A stretch of 64,000 bases of DNA from Octopus vulgaris (Eukaryota). The translations under genes were made by a program, and so were the position numbers. Position 1 is the first letter of the stretch; each line of letters opens with the position of its first letter. Below are positions 1-15,034 of this stretch, in pieces. The stretch covers positions 18,290,001-18,354,000 of the forward strand of contig OX597838.1 in the NCBI GenBank assembly GCA_951406725.2, in the 5' to 3' direction. Below the pieces are notes generated by a model that searched no databases, had not been told where the DNA came from, and saw only the letters and a program-made list of their open reading frames with translations.

Positions 1-764
1 TTTTCTTTGTATCATCTATCTGGATGTTTTGTTGGCCCGTTTTTTTTTATCACCTAACTCTCTGGATATTTTGCGTTCTTGTCTCGTTTTGTATTTTTTT
101 TATATATAATACATATCTTTTATAAATATAATACAATACGTGTAAGCTGCAAAATTGAAAGCTATAGCAATGAAAAATGACGGTGACATTTTTTTTCTAT
201 GATAACCTTGATTGATATTGTGGTTGGCAGCGACTAATCCAGCTGGGTGGATTATAAGCAATCGCGATGCAACAACAGCAGTGTTCACCACGGTGCAGTG
301 AACCAACACTTGGCACTGTTGGATCCACAACATTGTAAATACTCTGACGAGGCAGATAAAGGTTGACATGAAACAAGAAAAACGAATAAATAATTAAACA
401 GATAAGTAACTAAATGAAAGCAAAGCTGTTTTCTAAGGCTTAGATAGTTGCAGCCCACGTTCTTTTATTCTGGCATATCTGTAAGTATCAAAGTATATAT
501 ATATATATATATATATCTATACATCAGAAAAATACACACTATGTATCTATATATCCCACTCTATATATAAGACAAATGCATACGTACATATTTATATATA
601 CATACATTTATATATATATATACATACATACATATACATACACACAGATATATATATACATACATACATATATATATATATGCTAAAGATATATATATAT
701 AGGTTTGACTAATAAGACAAGTGCTAGACGCACGAAACTTTCGGACTTTGAGTCACTCTTTTGC

Positions 765-809
<45 letters not shown>

Positions 810-933
810 CATATATATATATATTTGTACAGATAGAGAAAGAGGGGGAGAGAGTGAGAGACAGAAACAGAAAAAGGGAGACAGCCATACAGAGACAGAG
901 AAGGAAGAAGGGAGGGAGAAAGTGTGATAGATT

Positions 934-1027
<94 letters not shown>

Positions 1028-1280
1028 CCCTAACAAGATGCTGAATAAATATTACATATTGCTTTTGGCTTATTTAGACTCTCCGAGTTGATATTGATTG
1101 TTTATAAAGAAACAGTGCGTAGATATGAGCCAGATATAAAGAATGTGTAGACAGAGGCTACATAGAAACTGGGTAATTTTTCACTGGTTCGTCAATAGTG
1201 TGCATATATTCACTGGATAGACAGTATCAGCCTGAGGTGTATGAACGTACGTCTAGATAAGGAATGTATAAATAGACTTA

Positions 1281-1412
1281 CCCGCTTGATTAGTTTCGTG
1301 CGTTCTGGTATCCATTTTGTAAGGTTTTAGGCCACGACACAAGACCTCGGTGTATAAACTTTCAACTTCGGAATTATATGAATATGGCGGTTTGTATGTA
1401 TATTGGTCCGAC
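1281..1412 (-). CDS. Weak candidate internal exon (SDQYTYKPPYSYNSEVESLYTEVLCRGLKPYKMDTRTHETNQA)
   Basis: Consensus donor G|GTAAGT at about 1281 and an open frame across the interval. The acceptor ctgtctccag has a weak polypyrimidine tract. Confidence 0.2.
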
Positions 1413-1711
1413 CTGGAGACAGTGTTGTCTTGGAAAGTTTGGCCACTCTATGCTGCCTTAGCTTCCAGCGTTGTAAGTAGAGTAACCATTTATAATTCTA
1501 TAATGGACTTTTACAACGACTTATCTAGTTTGAAATGAATATAGAAATGACCGCTGAATTGACCCCTCCACTGGATGCTGGGGAAGAAAGCGTCAGGAGT
1601 GGCGGCGGCGGCGGCAATGAGGTTGTAATTGGGAAATATGAGATAATTAATAATTAAGAATATAATTAATTATTACTGAGATTTCTATTTCAAATTAAAT
1701 GGCTTTCAGGA

Positions 1712-1759
<48 letters not shown>

Positions 1760-2784
1760 ATGTATGTATGTATGTATGTATGTGCAAGCGTGCGTGCGTG
1801 TGTGTGGTTAAGAATTTTGCTTCGTAACTTTGTAGTTTTGTAGTTCCGAGTTCGATCCTTCTCTGGTGAGTTTTCTATTCTATACTTTTACAGAAAGCAA
1901 CTACAGCGCACCACGCCACGCAATGCTATATAGGAAAACATTAGTGGACAGTATATGTATATTCTATATGATTGCCCCCCACTAAGAGACACTTAATAGA
2001 AGCACATATTATAAACCAGCACACTGTTAAAGTAACCACACATATCTTGTATAATTATAAATACAAATATCTGACTGATGGTTTATAAATTGAACGGTCA
2101 AAAATTCAAATTCTGACAGTAAAGCCTACGTCAGTTATATTGCCCACGTCAACTATAACGAGGAAGCAATATGCACTAACATTTCTTCGTTCAGAAGATG
2201 GGACTGTAATGATCAACAAAATTTTTAGATTTCGGAATTTTACTGTCCCAAATAATCTACAAAGAATTCATTATATTATGAGGAAAATATTGATAAACAA
2301 ATATATAATTGAAAGAATGCGAATTCTCTGTTTATGGAGTTTGTGTTCTTTTAGCTGTTTAACTCTGTTCGTTGTTACTGTTCCCAAAATTGTTGTTGAT
2401 TCTGAAATGCCATGATGCTACAAAGGATTCAGATAGACAGGAGGCAGTTTTGATGATGCGTTAAATGGTTTTTACGAACGGCTTTTGCGCAGTATAGCAA
2501 TGCACTATACAAATGTTTAGTTGCGTATATGTTGTGGAGCGTTACGTTTTCAGATAAGTTTGATAATATATAAGAAATTAAAATGATATATGTCTATGAT
2601 TTTTCTACACAGAATACGAAGTTAGATTTTGAAGATGGTGGAAGATGAGATGTATAAAATTGTGCGATTAGTATTTGGTGCAAAATTTAAATCTATATCT
2701 ATGAAAAAGATGGTGGTTTTTTTCTGTAAGAAACATATATATATATATACATACAGATTTTATATATATATATATATGTTTATG

Positions 2785-2852
<68 letters not shown>

Positions 2853-4242
2853 TGTATGTATTTATGTATGTTTATATATCTATTCACATAAAAATGTGCA
2901 CTGACTCTAGTTGGTCACTCGCCTGCTAGAAATAGCAATCGATTCCTTTAAGTTTACATCCTATAGTCATTAAATAAGATTGCAATATTGTATAATGCGT
3001 AGTCCTCAAAATGTACAGAATGATATACAAAGGGATGGCCAAGGCTGGAGTGCTTTCGCCCAGTGTCTGCTCGACTAGCTCTGCCTTGGGACCTAACGAC
3101 AACTAATTATGGCCAGTAAAGATTGTGGATCATTAGCGATAACAAATCACGTGACATGGATACATCCTTTGAACTATTGTCTTTAAACAGAATTCCGTTA
3201 ATAAGATAAACATATAACCATATAGCTTTACCCACACCCTCATACACTTCTTTTCCTTTCTCTTTCACCTCTTTCCCTCCACCTCTCCCTCTCTCTTTTC
3301 TTATCTTTTTCTTAGGCCATTTTTTTCTTCCTTTTATTCCCCAATTCTCGTGCTCTCCGTCCCCCTCTGATATATCTCACTCTTTATCCCTTTACTAACC
3401 AGATTTCTTTCATTTTTTTCTCTCCTCTCTCCTTCTCGCTTTCTCTTTCTCTATTCTCGTTCAATCATGTCATATTTTCATTGTTGCTCTGCTTCCTTTT
3501 GTCTTCCTTCCTTTCATTCTTACCTCCTTTCTTTCACTCTTTTATTCTTCTTATTTTCTCTTCCATTCTATCACGCAATCTTATACTATTTTCTTTCTTT
3601 CTTTCTTTCTTGCTCTCTCTCTCTCTTTCCTTCTCTTCTCATCGTCTCCTCTTCTCCCTCATTTTTTCTCTCACCCACTCGCTTTATCATTCAGTCTCTC
3701 TCACTACCACTCTCTCATTCAGCCATTTACACGTTAACATTCTTATCTTCCTCCTAGTCTTTCATCTCTTCTCTTTCCCTCCCATTAAATCTCTTGTTTC
3801 TTTCAATGTCACCTCTCTCTCTCTCTCTCTCTCTCTAATTCCTCCTTCTCCCCCACTCTCTGATTTCCCCTCTCTCACTCCTTCTCAATTATATCATCTC
3901 TCTCTCTCAATCCCTCTCTACTTCTATTTCCTCTCCTTCCACACTAGCCCTAGTCATTACTAATAGTAATCCTACCACAACCACCAAGACCACCGCGACC
4001 ACCACCAACGACACCACTATTGCTGTAAATCCTTGCCTCTGTCCGTTCTATCACAACAACATACGACCACACCTTTTCTCACTCCCCATTTCTCTCATAT
4101 TTCAGCCATTGCGCAGGTTCCACAAAACCATTCCTAAACCATTTCACCATTCTGTCATACCGTCAATCTGTCATCTTCCATTTCGGAAATCCTCTGTCAT
4201 TAGCTAGCGAAGGTTTAGTTGTTGCTGTTAATGTTGGTGTTG

Positions 4243-4244
<2 letters not shown>

Positions 4245-4334
<90 letters not shown>

Positions 4335-4350
4335 GTCATCGTCATCGTCG

Positions 4351-4400
<50 letters not shown>

Positions 4401-4407
4401 GTCATCG

Positions 4408-4484
<77 letters not shown>

Positions 4485-4613
4485 GTCATCATCATCATCA
4501 TCATCACCACCACCACCACCACCATCATGATCATGATCATTATCATGATGATGATGATCATCATCATCATCATCATCATCACCACCATCATCATCATCCT
4601 CATCCTCATCATC

Positions 4614-4645
<32 letters not shown>

Positions 4646-4716
4646 CGTCATCATCATCATCGTCCTCATCATCATCATCATCGTCATCATCATTATTATT
4701 ATCATCATCATCATCG

Positions 4717-4798
<82 letters not shown>

Positions 4799-4800
4799 TA
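4245..4800. repeat. Compound (TTA)n/(TCA)n/(TCG)n trinucleotide array; similar arrays at 20140-20520 and 33245-33680
   Basis: Direct reading. Confidence 0.95.
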
Positions 4801-4918
4801 TTGAATGTCGTGTTTCGCAGCATTTTCTCAAACTAGATTCCGATTACCATTCACGACACGTACCTGTACTCAAGAAGATGTATGCATGCACAACGCTGAC
4901 ACAAACACGCGCAAGCAC

Positions 4919-4967
<49 letters not shown>

Positions 4968-5347
4968 TACATACATACATACATACATACATACATACAT
5001 ACATACATACATACATACATACATACATACATACATGTATACATATGCACGCGCACACAGGCACGAGCATAATGCATACTTCTTGTATGCATACACGTAC
5101 ACAATAAATTTTTGAAATATTCCATTCCTGAGACCGTACACTGGCGCTAAAACACACGATATGCATACATATAAAAATACATACATACATACATACATAC
5201 ATACATACATACATACATACATACATACATGCATGCATACATGCATGCATACATACATACATACATACATACATACATACATACATACACACACACACAT
5301 ACATACATACATACATATATACATACATACATACATACAGTCATACA

Positions 5348-5381
<34 letters not shown>

Positions 5382-5421
5382 CATATATATATATGCGTGT
5401 GTATGTATGTTTGTATGTATG

Positions 5422-5456
<35 letters not shown>

Positions 5457-6028
5457 GCATATTTTTGCTCTTAGGCACGTATCTATGCACGTACGTACGT
5501 ATGAGTGTATGCAATTTCGTATCTATGGAGTTAAGTATAGTTATATCCTTACAATCTTGGATTATTATAACGCCCTCTTCGGTATACACTATATTTAGGA
5601 AAACCAGTAAAGAGACGACTATCTCTTAACGCCTACTACGAACTCCCTGTACTTATAGTGACTAGGTTATTCCATTCGTCACGTGGGATGGGTGTACCTT
5701 TATTACTAATTCCCTACAAGAATCTATACAATTATGTATGTATGTAATTATGTATGTATGTAATTATGTATGCATGTAATTATATATGTATTTATTTATG
5801 TATATATGTTTGTACTGTACTGTATTCTATTATTCTTTGTTGGTTTCCGTTATTAGCTATGCTGGGTCCCCATCTCCAACGGTGTTAGTCGATCCTATTG
5901 ACGCCAATATATACAGTACCGACATATTCCAACGAAAGGTCAAGCTATGTGTTGTGACATTACACCGGTTTTACTGTTGATATTGTGTCAAACACATGTA
6001 AACATACACTTACATTTCTAAGTTTATA

Positions 6029-6412
6029 TACATATAGTGCGGGGTGCCCATACACATATAGTGCGGGGTACTCATATACATATAGTCCGGGGTACCTATA
6101 TACATATAGTGTGGGGTACCCATATACATATAGTGTGAGGTACCCATATGCATATAGTGTGTGGTACCCATATACATATAGTGTAAGGTACCCATATGCA
6201 TATAGTGTGGGGTGCCCATATACATATAGTGTGGGGTACCTATATACATATAGTGTGAGGTACCCATATACATATTGTGTGGGGTAACATATACATTTAG
6301 TGCGAGGTACCACATATACGTATAGTGTGGGGTACCCATATACATATAGTGTGAGGTACCCATATATGTATACTGGGAGTACACATATACATTTAGTGCG
6401 GGGTACCACCAT
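6029..6412. repeat. 24-bp minisatellite (TACATATAGTGTGGGGTACCCATA)n, about 16 units
   Basis: Direct tandem units with a central GGTACC palindrome. Confidence 0.9.
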
Positions 6413-6642
6413 ACAAACGATTCGTTAAATGAACAAATTGAAGGCATAAACGATTTTTGTGAGGTAAATAAAAATTTGAACAGGCAGTGTGTAGTAAGAA
6501 GCTGACTTCCCAATTGCATGGTTCCGGTTTCAGTCCCACTGCATGGCATCGAGGGTAAAATGTCTTCTACCGTAAGCGTCAGACCGACTACAGCCTTGTG
6601 AGTCGATTTGGTAGGCGGAAACTGAAAGAAGTCCGTCGTGTG

Positions 6643-6727
<85 letters not shown>

Positions 6728-6764
6728 GTATGTATGTATATATATACACATACATATATATGTA

Positions 6765-6866
<102 letters not shown>

Positions 6867-6871
6867 CATAC

Positions 6872-6911
<40 letters not shown>

Positions 6912-7055
6912 CTATGTATCTGTGGAGGCGCATGTATATAGTTCCGGTTTCAGTCCCACTGCATGGCATCGAGGGCAAACGTCTTCTACCGTAGCGTCAG
7001 ACCGACCACAGCCTTGTGAGTCGATTTGGTAGGCGGAAACTGAAAGAAGTCCGTC

Positions 7056-7128
<73 letters not shown>

Positions 7129-7171
7129 CATATATATATACATATATATGTGTGTGTGTGTGTGTATGTAT

Positions 7172-7477
7172 CTGTGGAGGCGCAATGGCCCAGTGGTTAG
7201 GCAGGGACTCGTATCTTTCGATTCATGGGCGTTGTGTATCTGTCCGGCAGGGGATGTTGTCCTGCTGTACTCTTCATCTCTCACTCTTACTTCCTGTTTC
7301 TGTTGTACCTGTATTTCAAGGGGCCGGCCTTGTCACTCTCGTGTCACGCTGAATATCCCCGAGAACACAAGTGCACGTGTCTGTGGAGTGCTCAGCCACT
7401 TAACGTTAATTTCACGAGCAGGCTGTTCCGTTGACGGATCAACGAACCCTCGTCGTCGTAACCGACGGAGTGCTTCC
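7172..7477 (+). mobile_element. Same tRNA head with a third tail
   Basis: The tail ...ctgtggagtgctcagccac...cctcgtcgtcgtaaccgacggag also occurs at 22875-23005 (-). Confidence 0.7.
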
Positions 7478-7945
7478 ATCCACATGTATCTGTGTTTGTC
7501 TCCCATCACTGCTTGATAGCCGATGTTTGTGTGTTTACATCTCCGTTTATTTAGAGTTTCAGCAAAAAAAAAACAACAAAAAAACAGAACGATAGATAAC
7601 TACTAGTTATGGGGTCGATTTGTTTGACTAAAGCACTTCAGGTTGTGCCCTACCATGGCCCCCAATCAAATGACTGAAGCGTGTAAAACATAGAATACAG
7701 AAAAAAAGAACAAAACACATGTAGACTATGTAGGAGTGTAAGTGTCAAGAGAGCGCGTACAAACCGTTCTTTAACGTCCATGTACACAGTTCATGTAACG
7801 TGCAATTCTTATAATTTCTGTTATAGAACATAATTCTCTCATTTTTACCTAAAAATATAACCATTGATAGACAAACACAGAACAAATAAAAGACGCGTGT
7901 GCGCACACACACATACACACAAGCATATACATATACATACATACA

Positions 7946-7977
<32 letters not shown>

Positions 7978-8149
7978 CGTATACATCTGTGTATTTGCTG
8001 TTAATTGATGGATGGTACAAACAAAACATCATATCATGCCCTGACGTGGATTTTTTGGTTATGGCTTCGAAAAAAGATTTACTTTGTATGCAGAGACCCA
8101 ACTCTCACCCTCACTCTCTCTCTCTCCCTCCCACTAAATATATACATAT

Positions 8150-8193
<44 letters not shown>

Positions 8194-8239
8194 ATATATA
8201 TATATTTATATATATATATATATTTTATATATATATACA

Positions 8240-8431
<192 letters not shown>

Positions 8432-8663
8432 GTGCATGTATAATTACACATATATCTACAAGCACAAACACATAAATGCATATTTCTATATGCAGTTTGC
8501 TGTCATAGGCAATCTCCAGATTATTACTATTGTTCTCCTCAGTCAAGAAGCCAAAAAATCTCAATATAGTTATTAGTTTACTGTCGTTGACGCGGTAAAC
8601 CTTGCTGCTGTACATTATATAGCAGCAGAGACCATAATAACAAGACAATTACTGCTATATATG

Positions 8664-8816
<153 letters not shown>

Positions 8817-10520
8817 ATATAATGCATGTATTTATTATATGTATATATATATGTATTTATGCGATTTTGTATTGATGTATAAGTTGCTCAGTTTGTCGCG
8901 GCCACTAATGGAGAGCCATTGTTAGACTGTCTTCTGTCATCTTTCAATCTCCATGTTATGTCTACAGCCAAAAAAAAAAAAGGATTGGTTGAATACAATT
9001 GGTTCAGTAATGAAGGAGTACCGAGTGTCTAAAGAAGTGTCTGTGGAGAAACAGAGAGAAAGAAGAAAAGAAAGAAAGAATGAATGAAAGACAGACAGAA
9101 GGAAACAAAAGAGAGGAAGGAGGTGGGGGGAGATAACATTTTAGATCTTTACGAAACTTGTTGAACAAGTCTGAACAGCTATAAACATAACTCGAGTGAT
9201 AATCAAATGGAAATTATGAGAAGCGAAATAAACGAGAGACAACAAATAATAAAGTCAATATATTGGGCTGTAATGAGAAGAAACTGATATCGACGTTTCG
9301 GACAACATCTTCTTTGTCAAATTCAGACAGGTAATTTATGTTATACTCTCTTTTACTCTTTTAGTTGTTTCAGTCATTTGACTGCGGCCATGTTGGGGCA
9401 CCGCCTTTAGTCGAAGTCGAGCAAATCGTCCCCAGGACTTATTGTTTGTAAGCCTAGTACTTATTCTATCGGTCTCTTTTGCCGGACCGCTAAGTGACGG
9501 GGACGTAAACACACCAGCATCGGTTGTCAAGCGATGCTAGGGGAGATAAACACAGATACACATGCATACTCTTTCTCACTCTTTCTTGCTGTTTCTTGGG
9601 TAATGCTGCGATGGACTGGCGTCCCGTCCAGCTGGGGGGGGAACATATACGCCACAGAAACCGGGAAACCGGGCCCATGAGCCTGGCTAGGCTTGAAAAG
9701 GGTGCATAAATGAATAAATAATAAACGAAGAAAGTCCTATAAGATCCTACATTTATCATTCATCATCACAGCCTCTAGTTCCAGATATTGAATATCACTT
9801 TCTAGTCACCTTGGATTCACAAACTTGTCTAATACATCAATGCTCTCTTTTACTGGTACAATCAAGCCAGCAGTTATACTATTGTTGCGTTTCTCTCAAT
9901 GCATTCAGTTAGAAGATGATTAATACATTCATCACATTTTCAGCGATTCAGCATTTGATTCCTGGTTGAATTTCATCAATATATTCGTGAATTCTCTGTT
10001 TCATTGAATTATTGGCTATTTCTGGTCGCAGACAATATTCATTCTTTACTATGCACGATAAAGATTTACAAACCCAATACCGCAGCATTGATGGTGTCGT
10101 CTGCGTTTAACAAACCTCTGCCTCTTTCTTTTCTTTGTAAATATAACTTGTCAATATTATTTTAAGGGCTGTGTACGTTGTGCATTGAGAGAGGCTACCC
10201 GGTTCTTCTATTCCTGTAGTTCCGTCTTTGTCCACCTTAGAAAAGTTATAGAGAATTTCAGTACTGGCATGACCCATAAATCGATTGGCCTGATAGAATT
10301 CCATTTTATTTTCTTTTGAACACTTTCCCAATTCTTTTCGTGAACTTTAGAGGCAAACATAATCTTGTGGTATCTTTACACCATCAAATTTAATCTTTCG
10401 ACCTCTATTCACAATTGAAACCGCATACTTATTTATCACCAACATGCATAGCAATATCCTTGCTAAATACTGCTAGTGTTTCGATCAGAGAATCCTGGTC
10501 TTTTTCATTTAAAGTATATA

Positions 10521-10753
10521 TATTTCTTTACTACCCACAAGGGGCTAAACACAGAAGGGACAAACAAGGACTGACAAACGGATTAAGTCTATTACATCGA
10601 CCCCAGTGCGTAACTGGTACTTAATTTATCGACCCCGAAAGGATGAAAGGCAAAGTCGACCTCGGCGGAATTTGAACTCGGAACGTAACGACAGACGAAA
10701 TACGGCTACGCATTTCGCCCGGCGTGCTAACGTTTCTGCCAGCTCGCCGCCTT
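10521..10753 (-). mobile_element. Meta-type tRNA SINE inserted in the Dong RT region
   Basis: Meta domain gcctttcatcctttcggggtcgataaattaagtaccag, and an 18-bp TSD tttcatttaaagtatata (10503-10520, 10752-10769). Confidence 0.9.
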
Positions 10754-11750
10754 TCATTTAAAGTATATAGTTTCAGATCATCTATATATATTGCCGGGGA
10801 TTTAATTTCACCCTGGTTTAATCAAATTCTGGTCGCAGACAATATTTATTAAATTCTTAAACAGGTGTGGATTTTCTCAGAACGCACATCAGAAGGAATT
10901 AACATAATCACGAAAAGTAATATAGGGAACCTGTCCCCCTGATATACCACCTGACAAATTTATACATTTCCTAGTCCCAGTAATTTCCACGCTTTTTCTA
11001 AACAACCTATTTCTTTACTACCCACAAGGGGCTAAACAGAGAGTGGACAAACAAGGACAGACAAACGGATTAAGTCGATTATATCGACCCCAGTGCGTAA
11101 CTCGTACTTATTTAATCGACCCCGAAAGGATGAAAGGCAAAGTCGACCTGGGCGGAATTTGAGCTCAGAACGTTGCGGCAGACGAAATACCACTAAACAT
11201 TTCGCCCGGCATACTAACGTTTCTGCCAGCTCGCCGCCCTGAAAACGGCCTGAAAGTTTTCCATAGAAAACTTGCCGGGTTTTCTATGGAGCAAGATGCG
11301 GTACGTAAAATGCAGTGAATATATGTAGGATTCCTTGCACGTTTTTTTTAAATTTAGCAGAAATCTTTCTAGAAGGAAATTGGTTTATAATATAGAAACG
11401 GGAGCTCCATCGGTTGCTTTTGAATAGTAACAACGATAATCGTTACATATTGAGCTCTAAGAAAATCTTTAATATTTTAACGATTCTGCCAGCTCGCCTT
11501 TTTCTAAACAACCGTTAACTTTCTCATTGACCCCAAGTGTCCTCAAGCATTCCCAAAATCCAAGTATGATACGTTATCGAGTCCTTTCTTCTAGTGTATC
11601 CAACCAGCAGCTACATTTTTCATTCATGCTATCAAAATATACAGCAGCCCAGCAGTTCCCTTCAGCTTCTTTCTGCATTTATTTCGGTCCTCTGATTGTA
11701 AAATATCTTTCTTCAGAATTCATTTTCTATGAGGACAATCAGTAATTTCC

Positions 11751-11915
11751 AGAGTGGCTGTGTGGCAAGTAGCTTGCTTACCAGCCACATGGTTCCGAGT
11801 TCAGTCCTACTGCGTGGCACCTTGGGCAAGTGTCTTCAACTATAGCCTCGGGCCGACCAAAGCCTTGTGAGTGGATTTGGTAGACGGAAACTGAAAGAAG
11901 CCCGTCGTATATATC

Positions 11916-11968
<53 letters not shown>

Positions 11969-12184
11969 GTGTTTGTGTGTCTGTGTTTGTTCTCCCCACC
12001 AACATCGCTTGACAACCGATGCTGGTGTGTTTACGTCCCCGTAACTTATCGGTTCGGTAAAAGAGACCGATAGAATAACTACTAGGCTTACAAAGAATAA
12101 GTCCTGGGGTCGATTTGTTCGACTAAAAGGCGGTGCTCCAACATGGCCACAGTCAAATGACTGAAACAAGTAAAAGAGTAAAAG
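11751..12184 (+). mobile_element. tRNA-derived CORE-type SINE (octopus OR-like), near full length
   Basis: A/B-box-like head (tggctgtgtgg...gttcagtcc), gtggcaccttgggcaag core, internal (TA)n and a gtaaaaga tail. Confidence 0.85.
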
Positions 12185-12400
12185 ATTGACGGTAAGCACA
12201 CAATAGATGTACAAATACCGGAGTTCCTCTCCCTTTTTTTTTTTGTCGTTCTGTATTAGTACTATCTTCCCTCTTGATCATCGATGTTGGTTTTCCATTT
12301 ATTTTCTATATAGTCACTAAGCAAAGGAAATTTTTGAAGCCAGAATCCCCGAACACATTCCGGTCCAGAAACTTCCCATTTGAATATCTTTTAAAACATA

Positions 12401-12782
12401 CTAGCAGTATCGCCCGGCGTTGCTCAGGTTTGTAAGGGAAATAACTATAAAGCATTTTTAGAGAGTTATAGCCAAAAAATAGCAAAAAGATGGAAAAAAA
12501 TGATGGTAAATTTTTTTTTAGATAAAAAAGGTGGAGTTGCGTCCCCTAGACAGTTTGCGGTTTGTGTTTCCGATTCTCGACCCCATGTCGAATTTATCGA
12601 TTTTTTTCAGAACTGGGGGAACTTTTCAAAATTTTCGCTGCGTTAGTTTTGAATTATGACATTGGGCTATGTGTGTGTCAAGTTTCATCAGAATCGGTTG
12701 AAAGCCGTGGTCAGGGTGAGGGTACAAGAAAACAGACACACAGAAACACGCACAGACAAACTGCCGTTTATATAGAGAGAGA
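12401..12782 (-). mobile_element. Non-autonomous Helitron (same family as 25233), inserted in the Dong-like LINE
   Basis: Reverse complement of 25233-25604, with A|TC...CTAG|T junctions. Confidence 0.9.
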
Positions 12783-13345
12783 TTTTACACTTTCTCTTAT
12801 CTTGACCTATTTTTCATTTTACTTTTACATTTCCGTAAATTTTCCTTTCGTTACATTCCACATTTTTGCTCTAAATATTTAATCAAAAATTCCATTTCTG
12901 CTCCAGCATTTCGCAGCATTTCTCTGATAGCCATTATCATTGTTCAGCTGTGAGCAAAATTTCCTTTCATTGTTTCTCAAGATTTGCTTTTGCAGATGCT
13001 AATTTATTCTTTGTTGATATCTTACTTTTTTTTTTTTTTACCTGACTTTTCCTTTTCTTTTCTTTATTTTTTTTTTTGTCTAACTCTCTTCATGTTTCGT
13101 GTTGTAGTTTCTTTAGAGCTTGTTCGTGTGTCTTTCATCCGCCATATTCTTTTCCATTATTGCATTTAGCTTTCGAAATCTCAACCACGCTGTTGATTTT
13201 CTTGTCTCCGTTTATATCATAGGATTTTCTCTCACTCATTTTTTAATGATTTTGTTCGCCATTCAAGCCTAAGAATTTCTACAATAGAGTTTGCACAATA
13301 TATGAGGGGATTAACAGCTGTTATGTATTTAATACGATAAAACGT

Positions 13346-13655
13346 CGCCCTTATCAAGCCTAGCCAGGCTCATGGACCCGGTTTCCCAGTTTCTGTGGCC
13401 TATGAGTTCCTCCCTGCTGGACGGGACGCCAGTCCATCGCAGTGTTACTCAAGAAACAGGAAGAGAGAGAGAGAGAGAGAGAAAGTTGTGGCGAAAGAGT
13501 ACAACAGGGGTCACCCACCCCCCACTGCCGGAGTCTCGTGGAGCTTTTAGGTGTTTTCGCTCAGTAAACACACACAACGCCCGGTCTGGGATTCGAAACC
13601 GCGATCGTCCGACCGCGAGTCCGCTTCTCTAACCACTGGGCCATTGTGCCTCCAC
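13346..13655 (-). mobile_element. Third tRNA-head SINE with V-domain-like tail
   Basis: Head tggaggcacaatggcccagtggttag...gtttcgaatccc and tail gatggactggcgtcccgtccag. The 3' part also occurs at 9567-9720 (+). Confidence 0.75.
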
Positions 13656-14055
13656 TATATATTTAATACTGGTTTCACATTTTTGCTCAAGGCCAGCAAC
13701 TTTGGGAGAGAGAGTAAGACGATTATATCGATCCCAGTGTTCAACTGGTATATATTTCATCGACCCCGAAAGGGATGAACGGCAAAGTTGACTTCGGCGG
13801 AATTTGAACTCTGAAGAAATGCCACTAAGCATTTTGCCCGGTGTGCTAACGATTATGTCAGATCACCCCCTTATGATATATTCTTAATATTGATTTTCGT
13901 TTAATAACTTAGCTAGTCGCTTTACTAATTTACGCAGTTTTTGTCTTTCGATTCATCTCAAAGCTTCTAATCCCGTTTTATCCATATATCCCTAATTTGC
14001 GTTTCATTTAAACATTTAACTAAGCCTTTTCTCCCCTCTACAGACAAGATTGTTT

Positions 14056-14474
14056 AAGGCGGCGAGCTGGCAGGAACGTTAGAACGCCGGGCGAAATGCT
14101 TAGCGGTATTTCGTCTGCCGTTACGTTCTGAGTTCAAATTTCTCCGAGGTCGACTTTGCCTTTCGTCTTTTCGAGGTCGATACATTAATTACCAGTTACG
14201 CACTGGGGTCGATATAATCGACTTAATCCGTTTGTCTGTCCTTGTTTGTCTCCTCTGTGTTTAGCCCCCTGTGGGTAGTAAAGAAATAGGTATTTCATCT
14301 GCCGTCACGTTCTGAGTTCAAATTCCGCCGAGGTCGACTTTGCCTTTCATCCTTTCGGGGTCGATAAATTAAGTACCAGTTACGCACAGGGGTCGATATA
14401 ATCGACTTAATCCGTTTGTCTGTCCTTGTTTGTCCTCTCTGTGTTTAGTCCCTTGTGGGCAATAAAGAAATAAG
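14056..14474 (+). mobile_element. Meta-type SINE, internally duplicated (dimer)
   Basis: The body repeats after aaagaaatag|gtatttc. Confidence 0.85.
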
Positions 14475-14789
14475 GGGGGTTGTTTCCTTACATAAAATAA
14501 AACTTGCTTTCACCTTGGCTATTTCTTTCCTCTCTGTTATCTTTTGTTCATGTCTCTCTACTCTATAACCATGTTCTTCATCTTTCACGGTTTTGAAAAT
14601 CTCTTCCAGTTTCAACTGGGAGAGGCATTGTCTTTTCATGATAAAATTGTTCTGATCTAGTAGTCTTTGTTCTCTGACAGGCAGCATGTCGCTCTCAACC
14701 CATATTTTATACACCCTTTTCTAATATCCTATTTTGACAGGTTCGTTTCTATAACAATTTTGTTGTCACTTTAAGACCACCTTCCCTTA

Positions 14790-14985
14790 ATCTCTTTGCT
14801 CGCTATATCTAAGGCACTAACGGTTATTGGAACATTATATTCCACTTTCATTGATCATAGCTTATTGATTTCTCCTTTCGGAGCTTCATATCTCGTCATT
14901 TTTTCTCTCCTTTTTCCACGATTCTGGTTCTCCCTAGGGCAAGTGATGTCTATGATCAGGCACGATTTAATTAACAGTATGCACG
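14790..14985 (-). mobile_element. R4/Dong-like RLE-domain remnant
   Basis: KSCLIIDITCP...EKMTRYE..KGEINKL*SMKV..VPITVSAL. Confidence 0.7.
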
Positions 14986-15034
14986 AAGCTGTCACAGTTG
15001 GAAATAATGTCCTTAAGTATGGGTCACATCTAAT

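Larger units (their letters stand above)
9850..14790 (-). mobile_element. Decayed R4/Dong-like (RLE) non-LTR retrotransposon, fragmented by SINE and Helitron insertions
   Basis: Collinear minus-strand motifs: N-terminal VREQRLLDQ..LSQLKLEEI (about 14600-14700), WIH*KKGLDNV (about 11600), YQGDRFPILLFVIMLIP (about 10900-10945), YIDDLKLY (10765-10788), FSKDIAMHVG (about 10450) and CCHC-like CDECINHLLTEC (about 9900-9935). Many stops and frameshifts. Confidence 0.85.

Noticed and set aside
226-258. IQLGGL peptide reminiscent of SLC28 nucleoside transporters
   Set aside because: It is immediately followed by a stop, with no splice context or flanking similarity.
6029-6412. Palindromic 24-bp repeats as a CRISPR array
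   Set aside because: There are no unique spacers and no cas genes, and the context is eukaryotic.
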